Assembly: GCA_041611735.1 (NCBI GenBank)
Contig: JBFIML010000006.1
Location: 32,001 to 96,000, forward strand
DNA length: 64,000 nt
Reading direction: 5' to 3'
Source of the DNA: Myxococcota bacterium
GTDB taxonomy: Bacteria > Myxococcota_A > UBA9160 > PR03
Shown: positions 29,405 to 38,739 of the stretch, piece after piece
How positions within the stretch are numbered: position 1 is the first letter of the stretch
Layout of the letters: each line of letters starts with the position of its first letter
Notes under the pieces: generated by a model
The model's input: only the letters and a program-made list of their open reading frames with translations
Database searches by the model: none
Told to the model about the DNA's origin: nothing
Made by a program: the position numbers and the translations under genes

Positions 29405-30151
29405 ATGGCGCCGAGTCCGCTTCGGAACCGGTACGCGAGTCTTCTCGCGTGGGTCGCGCTGGTCGGGATCGCCACGGCGGCCTGTCGCGAGCCGCGGCTG
29501 CCCACCGAGGATGCCTTCGCCGCGGCACGCCGGCGCATGGTGGCCGAGCAGATCGAAGCGCGGGACGTGCGCGACCCGCGCGTGCTCGCGGCCCTGCGAC
29601 GCGTGCCGCGCCACGAGTTCGTGCCGGAGTCGGAGCGGAAACACGCCTACGCGGACCGCCCGCTCGGGATCGGACTCGACCAGACCATCAGCCAGCCCTA
29701 CGTGGTGGCGGCCATGACCGAGCTCGCACGAGCGGGGCCCGACGCGCGGGTGCTGGAGGTGGGGACCGGGTCCGGCTACCAGGCGGCGGTGCTGGCCGAG
29801 CTGGCGGCGGAGGTTTACACCATCGAGATCCTGGAGCCCCTGGCGCGCCGGGCGGAAGGCACGTTGCGACGGCTCGGCTACGCAAACGTGCACGTGCGTC
29901 ACGGCGATGGCTGGCTGGGCTGGCCGGAAGCGGCGCCCTTCGACGCCATCGTGGTGACCGCTGCGCCGCCGCGCGTGCCACCGGCCCTGCTCGAGCAGCT
30001 CGTCGAGGGCGGCCGCCTCGTGATTCCGGTGGGCCGGTCGTGGCAGGAGCTCGAGGTGCACGTGCGCACCCCGGACGGCTTCGAGGTCGAGCGCGTCTTT
30101 CCGGTTCGCTTCGTGCCGATGACCGGCGAGGCGCAGGAGGCGCCGCGCTGA
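29405..30151 (+). CDS. pcm: Protein-L-isoaspartate(D-aspartate) O-methyltransferase with N-terminal signal/lipoprotein-like leader
   Basis: VPRHEFVP, QTISQPYVVA, VLEVGTGSGYQAAVLA, APFDAIVVTAA, VRFVPM. Confidence 0.95.
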   Translation: MAPSPLRNRYASLLAWVALVGIATAACREPRLPTEDAFAAARRRMVAEQIEARDVRDPRVLAALRRVPRHEFVPESERKHAYADRPLGIGLDQTISQPYVVAAMTELARAGPDARVLEVGTGSGYQAAVLAELAAEVYTIEILEPLARRAEGTLRRLGYANVHVRHGDGWLGWPEAAPFDAIVVTAAPPRVPPALLEQLVEGGRLVIPVGRSWQELEVHVRTPDGFEVERVFPVRFVPMTGEAQEAPR

Positions 30152-30191
30152 GCTCGGCCGGCGAGCCCTCCAGGTTTCGCCAGGCGCTTCG

Positions 30192-30419
30192 TCAAACCTC
30201 CACCACCTCACCGCTGATGCGGCTCACGCGGAAGACCCCCCGGCCGGTGCGGATGTAGTAGAGGTTCGAGAGCAGTTCCTTCCGCACCCCCGATTCCGGC
30301 TCGATCCAGATCAGGGCATCCCCGAGCTTCACGTAGCCCCTGCGCTCCAGTTCTTCGCGTTGCTCCGACGTGAGCGAGGCCAGGATCTCCTGGCTCCGCT
30401 CCGGCTGCTCGCTCTGCAT
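30192..30419 (-). CDS. Small hypothetical protein (75 aa)
   Basis: Protein-like composition, GGAGG upstream, fills the gap between pcm and rimK. Confidence 0.6.
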   Translation of the reverse strand: MQSEQPERSQEILASLTSEQREELERRGYVKLGDALIWIEPESGVRKELLSNLYYIRTGRGVFRVSRISGEVVEV

Positions 30420-30556
30420 AGACGCTTTCGACCCTCCCGGCGGCATCCCGCCCGGACGGGAGGATAGTCGGCGGAGCCGACGGCGCCCGTCCCCGTTGTC
30501 GGAACGAGCGCGAGCGGGGTATTCTCCCGCTCGGCGTTCGGCGCCAGGGAGTTCCC

Positions 30557-31768
30557 ATGCGTATCGCCATCCTCTCGCGAGGTTCTCGCCTGTACAGCAC
30601 CCGCCGGCTCAAGGAAGCCTGCGAGATGCGCGGGCACGAGGCCCGGGTGCTCGACACCATGGCCTTCTCGATCGAGGTGGAGCAGGGCAACCCCCGTCTC
30701 TACTACCGGGAGAAGCCGCTCGCCCCCTACGATGCGGTGATCCCTCGCATCGGGGCGTCGATCACGTTCTTCGGCACCGCCGTGGTGCGGCAGTTCGAGC
30801 AGATGGGGGTCTTCTGCCTCAACTCGTCCCAGGCCATCAGCGTCTCCCGTGACAAGCTGCGCTCGATCCAGATCCTGAGCCGACACCGGGTGGGCATTCC
30901 GAAGACCTCCTTCGTGAAGCGCCGCGAGGCGGTGCTCGCCGCCATCGATCGCATGGGCGGGCCGCCGGTGGTGGTCAAGCTGCTGGAGGGAACCCAGGGG
31001 ATCGGCGTGATCCTCGCCGACACCACCAAGGTGGCCGAAGCCATCATCGAGACCCTGCAGAGCGCCGCCCGCCAGAACGTCTTGATCCAGCAATTCGTGA
31101 AGGAGAGCAAGGGGCGGGACATCCGGGCCTTCGTGGTGGGTAACCGCGTCGTGGCGGCCATGCGGCGGGTGGCCCAGGGGGACGAGTTCCGCAGCAACGT
31201 GCACCGGGGGGGGCGCGCAGAGGCCGTGGAGCTCGATCCGGAGTATGCGCGCACGGCGGTGCACGCCGCCCAGATCATGGGGCTCCGCGTGGCGGGCGTG
31301 GACATGCTGGAAGGGGCCACCGGCCCGCGCATCATGGAGGTGAACTCCTCGCCGGGGCTCGAGGGCATCGAGGGCGCCACCGACGTGGACGTAGCCGGTG
31401 AGATCGTGAGGCTGATCGAGGAGGAGGTGCTCTTCCCGGAGATCGACATCCGTCAGCGCATGACGCTCCAGCACGGCTACGGAGTGATGGAGATCCCCGT
31501 GGACGAGGCTTCGGAGCTGTCGCACAAGACCGTGCAGCAGACCAAGCTGCGCGAGCGCGACGTGCTGGTGCTCACCATCAACCGGGGCAGCATCACGATC
31601 CCCAATCCGCGCCAGGACCGGGAGATCCTCCCGGGCGATACCCTGCTCCTGTTCGGGAAGTCGATCACGCTGAAGAGCCTCGCACCGCGTCCCAAGGCGG
31701 GGAGCCGATCGAAGCGCAAGCGGGCGGGCGCCGCGGGGGCGCCCGCCGCGCCGAAGCCGGATGCTTGA
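30557..31768 (+). CDS. rimK: RimK-family alpha-L-glutamate ligase with C-terminal TrkA-C (RCK_C) domain
   Basis: LYSTRRL, VIPRIGASITFFG, KLLEGTQGIGV, FRSNVHRGG, EVNSSPGLEGIE; tail KLRERDVLVLTINRG...PNP...ILPGDTLLLFG. Confidence 0.93.
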   Translation: MRIAILSRGSRLYSTRRLKEACEMRGHEARVLDTMAFSIEVEQGNPRLYYREKPLAPYDAVIPRIGASITFFGTAVVRQFEQMGVFCLNSSQAISVSRDKLRSIQILSRHRVGIPKTSFVKRREAVLAAIDRMGGPPVVVKLLEGTQGIGVILADTTKVAEAIIETLQSAARQNVLIQQFVKESKGRDIRAFVVGNRVVAAMRRVAQGDEFRSNVHRGGRAEAVELDPEYARTAVHAAQIMGLRVAGVDMLEGATGPRIMEVNSSPGLEGIEGATDVDVAGEIVRLIEEEVLFPEIDIRQRMTLQHGYGVMEIPVDEASELSHKTVQQTKLRERDVLVLTINRGSITIPNPRQDREILPGDTLLLFGKSITLKSLAPRPKAGSRSKRKRAGAAGAPAAPKPDA

Positions 31769-32807
31769 ACGGCTGCGCATTGCCGGGATCGACTGTCCGC
31801 ACGGTGCGGCCACACGACTCAGGATCCCGGTGGCACGCCCCTACGGCCAGGCGGAGGTGTTTCTGCCCGCCCAGGTGGTGCGCGGGCGCGAGGATGGCGC
31901 GCGCCTGTTCGTGTCGGCCGCCGTCCACGGCGACGAGATCAACGGGGTCGAGATCATCCGCCGCCTGCTGCGCCTGCGAGTCCTGCGCCGCCTGCGCGGA
32001 AGCTTGCTCGCCGTGCCCGTGGTGAACGTGTACGGGTTCCAGACCCAGAGCCGCTATCTGCCGGACCGTCGCGACCTCAACCGATCCTTTCCGGGCTCGG
32101 CCAAGGGATCGCTCACGGCCCGCCTGGCCCACCAGTTCATGACGGAGGTGGTGGCCCACTCGACCCACGGGATCGACCTGCACACGGGGACCGCCCACCG
32201 GGAGAACCTGCCCCAGATCCGGGCCTGTCTGGACGATGCGGAGACGGAGCGCCTGGCCCAGGCCTTCGGCGCGCCGGTGATCCTGAACGCGAACCTGCGC
32301 GACGGCTCGCTGCGCCAGGCGGTGCTGGAGCGCAAGATTCCCATGCTCGTCTACGAGGCGGGCGAGGCGCTCCGCTTCGACGAGCTCGGCATCCGCGCCG
32401 GAGTGCGCGGAGTGCTGTCGGTGATGCGGGCGATCGGAATGCTTCCCGAACCGCGGCCGGCCCGGGAGCGCGTCGAGCCGTTCGTGGCCCACTCGAGCAT
32501 GTGGGTTCGCGCTCCCGACAGCGGGATCCTGCGCTCGCCCCTGCGGCTGGGGGCCAAGGTGTCCTCCGATCAGGTCCTCGGCACCATCTCGAATCCGCTG
32601 GGCGAGAACGAGGCGCCGGTGCTCTCGCCCCTCTCCGGGGTGATCATCGGACGGCTCAACCTCCCGCTGGTGAACGAAGGCGACGCGCTCTTCCACCTGG
32701 CGAGCTTCGAGTGGCCCGCCACGGTGGCCCAGCAGGTGGAGGCATTCCAGGAGGCGCTGGTGCCGGAGGCCACCACGGCCCCGGCCGGTCCGCTGGAACC
32801 GGCCTAG
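31761..32807 (+). CDS. Succinylglutamate desuccinylase/aspartoacylase (M14) family protein
   Basis: AAVHGDEING, DRRDLNRSFPG, IDLHTG, YEAGE; C-terminal lipoyl-like domain. Confidence 0.92.
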   Translation: MLERLRIAGIDCPHGAATRLRIPVARPYGQAEVFLPAQVVRGREDGARLFVSAAVHGDEINGVEIIRRLLRLRVLRRLRGSLLAVPVVNVYGFQTQSRYLPDRRDLNRSFPGSAKGSLTARLAHQFMTEVVAHSTHGIDLHTGTAHRENLPQIRACLDDAETERLAQAFGAPVILNANLRDGSLRQAVLERKIPMLVYEAGEALRFDELGIRAGVRGVLSVMRAIGMLPEPRPARERVEPFVAHSSMWVRAPDSGILRSPLRLGAKVSSDQVLGTISNPLGENEAPVLSPLSGVIIGRLNLPLVNEGDALFHLASFEWPATVAQQVEAFQEALVPEATTAPAGPLEPA

Positions 32808-32830
32808 ACCCGATGGAGTGACCCGCTCCG

Positions 32831-33307
32831 TCAGTGCCTCGGCGGCCGGCGTGCCGGCCGCGGGCGCACCGGCCGTCCCGTCAGCTGGCGGTGACCCACG
32901 TCGATCAGGAAGTGGGCGGCCAGGGCGGAGCGGCCGAGTAGCATGCGGAAGATCATGCGCTCCCGGTCCACGAGGCTCAGCTCGATCGTACGGCGCACCG
33001 GGCCGATGGCCACTTCCGTCGCCACGAAGATCCGCTCGTTTCGATGACCGGTGCTCGAGCGAACGCGCGCACGACGCCGGATCGCCGTCTCCACCCGCAC
33101 CCGCCGTTCGCGCTTCTGGCGATGCAGGATCACGTCGAAGGCCACCCGGCCGTGGGGCAGCACCTCGATGTCCTCCACGTGAAGGGCGCTGGAGCGCGCA
33201 CCGGTATCGACCTTGGCGCGCAAGCCGTGGATGCCCCACTCGGGCAGGTCCACGTACTCGTTCCAGCCGATCACGAGGACGAGCCGCTGGTCCTTCCGGG
33301 GCGGCAC
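32831..33307 (-). CDS. RimB-like retropepsin-fold protease ('ATP-dependent zinc protease' family)
   Basis: IGWNEYVDLP, AKVDTGARSSALH, VRSSTG, RMLLGR. Confidence 0.9.
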   Translation of the reverse strand: MPPRKDQRLVLVIGWNEYVDLPEWGIHGLRAKVDTGARSSALHVEDIEVLPHGRVAFDVILHRQKRERRVRVETAIRRRARVRSSTGHRNERIFVATEVAIGPVRRTIELSLVDRERMIFRMLLGRSALAAHFLIDVGHRQLTGRPVRPRPARRPPRH

Positions 33308-33379
33308 GGCGCTCCTCCCTGGCGGCGGTCCGCGCCGCGGCCCGGAGCATAGAAGCCTTTGGGACCCCGGGCGAGACGC

Positions 33380-36300
33380 TCAATAGTCGAAACTCCAGAT
33401 CACGTCGGCTCCGGCACTTCCGGAGCTGCCGATCTCGCTCTCGACGCTCCAGCGGGGCAGGAAGCGCCACTCGATGCGCACGCGATCGGTCTGCTCCGTG
33501 CCGAAGCCGCGGCCGTAGCGGACGAAGATGTTCTCGCGCAGGTACTTGCCGACCTCCACCGTGGCCGAGGTGCCGCCGTCGGCGAGGGCGACGTCGAAGA
33601 GATCGAGGGGCAGGGCGGGGGCCAGGGCCGAGACCACGCCCCCGGCCACGATCTGGCCGGCGAGCTGGGTGGCGGCAGCCTCGAGGCGCATCGACTCGCC
33701 GGTGCCGAGCTCGTGGGCCGGGCGGCCGAACGCCAGGTAGGAGAGCAGGTCCGTCGAGTCGAGGGGCGGTTCGCTCTCCAGGGCGAGGCTCGGCGCCGAC
33801 GCGCGTCCGGCCACGCGGGCCCGCAGGGTCACGTCGCGCACGCGGTGGACGGCCACGAAGTCGAGCTCCGGGTCGAGCTCCCGCGTGCCCGTGAAGGTGG
33901 CCACGCCCCGCTCCACCTGAAACGAGCGTCCCTGGAAGCGGTAGCGTCCGCGCACCACCTGCAGCGTCCCGAAGAAGGTGGCTTCCCGCCCCGGCGCCTT
34001 GCGGACGCGCAGCTCGCCCTCGATTTCCACGTCCACTCCCCGGCCCTGCACCCAGGTGTTGCGGGGCACCCGCAACACGACCTCCGCGGCGGATTCGTCG
34101 AGCCAGCCGGGGGAGGGAGCAGCCTGCTCCACGATGCGGGCCGGCTCGTCCGTGTCCGGAAGCCCGAGCACCCGCACTTCCTTCACCAGCGGGTCGCTCT
34201 CCTCGGGGAGGCCGATGCGCGCGTCGGCGAGGGCCAGGTCGCCGTCCACCCGCAGGCGCGGGAACCTGCCCTCCACCTGCAGGGTTCCGTCCAGGTCGGC
34301 GCGCAGGGTCGGGGTGCGCGAGATCGCGAAGCGTTCGAAGCGCGAAACCAGGCGCAGGGCGCCTGGCCCCGCAGCGCTCCAGCCGAGCTCGCCCTCCAGG
34401 GTGGCCTGGCCCGGCTCCGAAGCCACCCGCAGCGAGGCGATCTCGATCCGGCCTGGCCCGAGCCGCGCCACGCCCTGCGCCGGTCCGAACACGAGGCCCA
34501 GGGCCGGCACCTCGAGATGGGCGTCGGCCAGCCGCAGCTCGCCTTCCAGCTCCGGTTCGGGAGTGCCGCCGCGCAGCGTGGCGTCCGCGTCCACCATGCC
34601 GGACGCCCGCGCCAGCTCACGGGGCAGCGTGCGCGCGAGCCAGGCCAGATCCAGGCGTTCCGCCCGCAGGCGCAGGACCGTGTCGGGGCGCTCGAGCAGA
34701 CGGCGAGGCTCCGCCCGGAGCGTCGCGTAGGGAAGCTCGGCCTCGATCCGCAGGCGTTCGCGACCAGCGTCCACCAGGTGCGTCAGGACGAAGACCGTCG
34801 GTCCCTCCGCGTGCGCTTCGATCAGCACGCGCTCGGCCCGGGCCGCTCCGATGCGCGCCTCTTCCCACAGCGCGGCCCCGTCCACCCGCGGCCGGCGCAG
34901 GGGCCCGTGGGCGACGAGCTGCGCCGTGGCGCGCCCGCCCATCTCCACCTCGAGGCCCGCCAGCGCGGCGGCGGCGGCCACGTCGAGGGTGGTCACGTCG
35001 ATGCGCAGGGGCTCGAGCCGGTCGCCTCGGATGCGGCCATCGAGGCCCAGGGCCCCGCCTTCCCAGGCGAGTCGCACCCCCTCCAGGTCGACCCCGCGCG
35101 CATGGAAGCCCACCAGCGCCGGCGCCGTGCTGGTCACCGCGAGCTCTCGCGTGGTGACCTGCAGGCTCTCCAGACGGAAGCGTCGGTCGCCCAGTGCCTC
35201 GCCGGAGAGGGTCACGTCCGCCGGCCCGATTTCGCCGCTTTGCAGGGCGCGGCCTGCGAGCGTGAGGCGTCCGCGCGGGTCGCGCCACGGTCCGCCCAGG
35301 CGCGCCTCGCCGTCCAGCCGGCCCGCCACGCCCGGGCGGGGCCGCCAGGGCGCCGGCAGGCCGGCGAGATCCAGGTCCGCGAGCCGCAACTCCACGTCCT
35401 CCAGGGAGTCGCCGACCCCCCGGCCCACCGCCTCGAGGCGCCCGAGGGCGCCGTGCACCTCCAGGCGCTCCACCCGCCAGGCAGCGGTCGCCGTGGCGTA
35501 CGAGCCGACCAGCTCCGCACCGGCCAGGGTGCTTCCAGCCAGCGTGGAGGCGGTGAGCGTGGCGCGCGCGTGGAGGCCGGTGCCCGCGGCCAGCGACGCG
35601 CCGGCCGGATCCGCGTCGAGCTCCAAGGTGCCGTTCAGGTCCGACGCGAGCTCGCCATCGCCGGTCAACCCGGCGAGATCGAGGCCCGCCACGCGCGCCC
35701 GGCCGGTCGCCCGCACCACCCGCAGGCCGCGGTCGTCCCGTTGCAGCTCCGCCTCGCCTTCGCCCTCGAGCCGGCCGAAGGCGCTTTGAAGGCTGGAGGG
35801 CGCCAGCTTCAGTCGCCCACCCTCGAGCCGGGCGGTGAGAACGCCGCCGTGCACGTCGCGGCCGTGGACGCGGGAGGGGAGCAGCCTGGCCTCCAACGCC
35901 GCCTCGTCGGGCCAGGGGCCCCGGGGCTCGTCCGGCCAGCGCAGGCCCCGGAGGCGCAGGGATGCCCGGGCGGCCACCCGGCTCGTCCCCGCCGCGCCGC
36001 TCCACTCCAGCGCGACCTCCGCGTCGCGGACCTCGAGGAGCTCGAGCTCGACGGCGACGGGGGGAAGCCCCGGCCCGCCACCCGGCTCGGGGCGGCGCTC
36101 CGGCAGGCCGGCGACGCGCCAGCTTCCCGCCGCGTCGCGCAGCACGAGCAGGCGCAGGCCCTCGAGCGTGAGCGCCTCGATCCTCACCACCCGCTCCGAC
36201 CACAGCCGCGACAGATCGAGGCGGGCCTCCAGGGAGGCCGCGTGCAGGTCGCCCACGCGGACGTCGCGGAGAACGAATCCCTCGTGCAGGATGCCCTCGA

Positions 36301-36475
36301 GGCTTCCCACGTGCACCGGCACGTCCAGGGCGCTCTCGAGGCCGCGCTCCGCCAGGCTCCGAACCCGCTCGCGCTGCCAGCCCCGGTCCACGCTCCAGAG
36401 CGCCACGGCCAGGATCACGAGCACCGCCAGGAGTCCCGCCACCCCCCAGGCGAACGTCCGCAGCAGCCGGCGCAT
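33380..36475 (-). CDS. tamB: Translocation and assembly module TamB
   Basis: N-terminal TM anchor, long beta-rich body, DUF490-type end (LLSYLAFGR, VEVGKYL, GADVIWSFDY); TGATG overlap with tamA. Confidence 0.9.
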   Translation of the reverse strand: MRRLLRTFAWGVAGLLAVLVILAVALWSVDRGWQRERVRSLAERGLESALDVPVHVGSLEGILHEGFVLRDVRVGDLHAASLEARLDLSRLWSERVVRIEALTLEGLRLLVLRDAAGSWRVAGLPERRPEPGGGPGLPPVAVELELLEVRDAEVALEWSGAAGTSRVAARASLRLRGLRWPDEPRGPWPDEAALEARLLPSRVHGRDVHGGVLTARLEGGRLKLAPSSLQSAFGRLEGEGEAELQRDDRGLRVVRATGRARVAGLDLAGLTGDGELASDLNGTLELDADPAGASLAAGTGLHARATLTASTLAGSTLAGAELVGSYATATAAWRVERLEVHGALGRLEAVGRGVGDSLEDVELRLADLDLAGLPAPWRPRPGVAGRLDGEARLGGPWRDPRGRLTLAGRALQSGEIGPADVTLSGEALGDRRFRLESLQVTTRELAVTSTAPALVGFHARGVDLEGVRLAWEGGALGLDGRIRGDRLEPLRIDVTTLDVAAAAALAGLEVEMGGRATAQLVAHGPLRRPRVDGAALWEEARIGAARAERVLIEAHAEGPTVFVLTHLVDAGRERLRIEAELPYATLRAEPRRLLERPDTVLRLRAERLDLAWLARTLPRELARASGMVDADATLRGGTPEPELEGELRLADAHLEVPALGLVFGPAQGVARLGPGRIEIASLRVASEPGQATLEGELGWSAAGPGALRLVSRFERFAISRTPTLRADLDGTLQVEGRFPRLRVDGDLALADARIGLPEESDPLVKEVRVLGLPDTDEPARIVEQAAPSPGWLDESAAEVVLRVPRNTWVQGRGVDVEIEGELRVRKAPGREATFFGTLQVVRGRYRFQGRSFQVERGVATFTGTRELDPELDFVAVHRVRDVTLRARVAGRASAPSLALESEPPLDSTDLLSYLAFGRPAHELGTGESMRLEAAATQLAGQIVAGGVVSALAPALPLDLFDVALADGGTSATVEVGKYLRENIFVRYGRGFGTEQTDRVRIEWRFLPRWSVESEIGSSGSAGADVIWSFDY

Positions 36476-38322
36476 CAGAAGCTGTGTCCCACCGAGACGT
36501 GGATACGCGAGCGCTTGACCTGGTCCGGGGCGTTCAGCAGCTGCCCGAAGTCCAGGCGCAGGGGGCCGACCGGCGTGCGGTAGCGGAGGCCCACCCCCGC
36601 GGAGTAGAAGACGTCGTGGAGGCGCCACGTCCAGGGCTCGAGGGCCACCTGCCCGGCGTCCACGAAGACGACCCCGCCGAGCTCCCGCCAGACCGGAAAG
36701 CGCCATTCCAGGCTCGCCTCCAGCAGGCTGGTGCCGCCGAGCGGCGCGTCGTCCACGTCGAGGGGGCCCAGGCGCTGGTACTCGAAGCCGCGCACCGTGG
36801 TGCTCCCGCCCGAAAAGAAGCGCTTTACGATGGGCACCTCGTCGGGGCTCGTCTCGGCGAAGGGATCGATCACGCCGATTCGCAGGCGGCTGGCCAGCAC
36901 GCCCGGGCCCAGCGGCAGGAAGCCGCGCCCCTCGGCCAACAGCCGCAGGTAGGAGGCGCTCGAGCCGATGGCCGGCGAGGAGGGCTCCACGGAGAAGTCG
37001 AGCCAGGTTCCGCGCTTCGGGTCCAGGGGCACGTCGAGGGTGCTGCGTCGCAGGCCGAGCTCGAAGAAGCTCAGCACGAAGGCGCCTTCGGGGTCCTCGA
37101 GCACCGCGCCCGTCTCGTCGGCGGCGTCCTCCACGTCGTTCCACTCGAACTGGTGGGCGAGGCGCGCGCGCCAGCGCGGGTTGAGCGGGCGCGCGAGCTC
37201 GACGCGCGTGAGCAGACGGTCTGCGTCGTAGGCCGGCTCCCGCTCCCGGCGCAGGGAGAGATCGGTGCCGAGGGAGAGCAAGGGGTCCAGGAAGCGCGGC
37301 TGATCCAGGCCCGCGTCGAAGGCGCTCAGCAGCGAGGAGTGACGCAGGGCCAGCTCCAGGCGACGGGCGCCGCCCAGGAAGTTGCGGTGCAGCCAGGAGA
37401 GCCGGCCCCGGAAGCGATCCTCGGTGCCCCAGCCGAGTCCGACGCGGATGCTGCGCAGCGGCCGCTCGGTGAGCTGCACGTCCACCGGCCAGGTCTGCTC
37501 CGCCGGCAGCTGGCCGTCGGGTCCCGCTTCGCCCTCCTCGGGACGCGGCTGCACCACCACGGCCCGGAACAGGCCGAGGCCGTAGATGCCTTCCCGGGTC
37601 TCGCGCAGGGCGTCGAGGGAGAAGCGTTCGCCCGGCTCGAGGGTGACCTCGCGGCGCACCAGGGGCTCGGCGACTGCGTTCAGTCCGGACACCTCGACCG
37701 CTCCGAAGTGCACCCGGGGACCCGGCGCGACGCTCCAACGCACGCTTGCCTCGCGGGAGGCGGCGTCCACCTCGGCGCCGCCCTGGATGGCGGCGCGCGG
37801 AAAGCCCGCGTTCGCCAGCCGCGCCAGGATCTCCTGCTTGGCGGCGCCGTAGCGTCGCAGGGCGAAGATGTCACCCACGCCGAGCGGCAGATCGACCAGC
37901 ATACGCTCGCGTCCGACCTCTTCGTCCAGGGGTGGTGCGAGGTCCACCTCGAAGGCCGCGACGCGCACCGGCTCGCCCTCGTCCACGTGGAAGGTGATCC
38001 GGACGCGACGGCGCCGGCGGCCCCAATCCAGCTCGTGGCGGACCTTCGCATGGTAGTAGCCGTGGCGGCGGTAGAGGGCCGCGATGCGACGCTCGTCCCG
38101 CTCGAGCACTCCTTCGAAGAACTCGGGCTTGGGCTTCCAGGGCTTCCAGCTCGGGGCCTGGCTGAAGATGTGACCCGCCAGCTCCTTGCGGGAGATCGCC
38201 GATACCCCTTCCCACTCGATTCCCCGCACCGTGACGGCCTCGCCCTCGGCGGCCGCCATCGCGGGCGCGAGGGCGGCCAGGCCGAGCAGGACGGCGCGCA
38301 GGCGGCGTCGGTGCACCCGCAT
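36475..38322 (-). CDS. tamA: Omp85-family outer-membrane protein TamA (3 POTRA + beta-barrel)
   Basis: POTRA repeats; RFFSGGSTTVRGF, FVDAG, GVGLRYRTPVGPLRLD, C-terminal GHSF. Confidence 0.92.
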   Translation of the reverse strand: MRVHRRRLRAVLLGLAALAPAMAAAEGEAVTVRGIEWEGVSAISRKELAGHIFSQAPSWKPWKPKPEFFEGVLERDERRIAALYRRHGYYHAKVRHELDWGRRRRRVRITFHVDEGEPVRVAAFEVDLAPPLDEEVGRERMLVDLPLGVGDIFALRRYGAAKQEILARLANAGFPRAAIQGGAEVDAASREASVRWSVAPGPRVHFGAVEVSGLNAVAEPLVRREVTLEPGERFSLDALRETREGIYGLGLFRAVVVQPRPEEGEAGPDGQLPAEQTWPVDVQLTERPLRSIRVGLGWGTEDRFRGRLSWLHRNFLGGARRLELALRHSSLLSAFDAGLDQPRFLDPLLSLGTDLSLRREREPAYDADRLLTRVELARPLNPRWRARLAHQFEWNDVEDAADETGAVLEDPEGAFVLSFFELGLRRSTLDVPLDPKRGTWLDFSVEPSSPAIGSSASYLRLLAEGRGFLPLGPGVLASRLRIGVIDPFAETSPDEVPIVKRFFSGGSTTVRGFEYQRLGPLDVDDAPLGGTSLLEASLEWRFPVWRELGGVVFVDAGQVALEPWTWRLHDVFYSAGVGLRYRTPVGPLRLDFGQLLNAPDQVKRSRIHVSVGHSF

Positions 38323-38545
38323 CCGCTTGGGATCGATCACGGACCTGCAACCCACCCGACGAGCGCGGAGGGCCGCAATCCCTCGGCCCGAGCGTGGACG
38401 GTGGACCTCCGGTGTGTGGGACGCGCGGCGACTCCTCCCCCTTCACGGACCCCCTGGGGTCCCTTCAGCGCCTGGAAGCCGCGGAGTATAAGGAAGGCGA
38501 ACCGGCGTCCCGCCGGGGGTTCGGAGCCGGAACCGGCAGTCCAGC

Positions 38546-38590
38546 GTCTCGCAGGCGGTGCTCGTCACCGGCTGCTCGAGCGGGATCGCA
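38546..38590 (+). pseudogene. Relic of an SDR oxidoreductase N-terminus
   Basis: Intergenic frame reads VSQAVLVTGCSSGI (SDR TGxSSGIG motif) and then loses similarity. Confidence 0.45.
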
Positions 38591-38739
38591 TTCATGGCGC
38601 GCCGGGAGCCGCCCCGGGGTCCGGATTCCTCCCGGCCCGCCGGGCCCCTTGGAGAAGCTGCGCAGCCGCTGCCGGCTGTCTGCCGATCCGACCGGGAGGG
38701 CGCCTCAGGCGGCGGTGCGGCCCGGCCGAAGACGCATGA

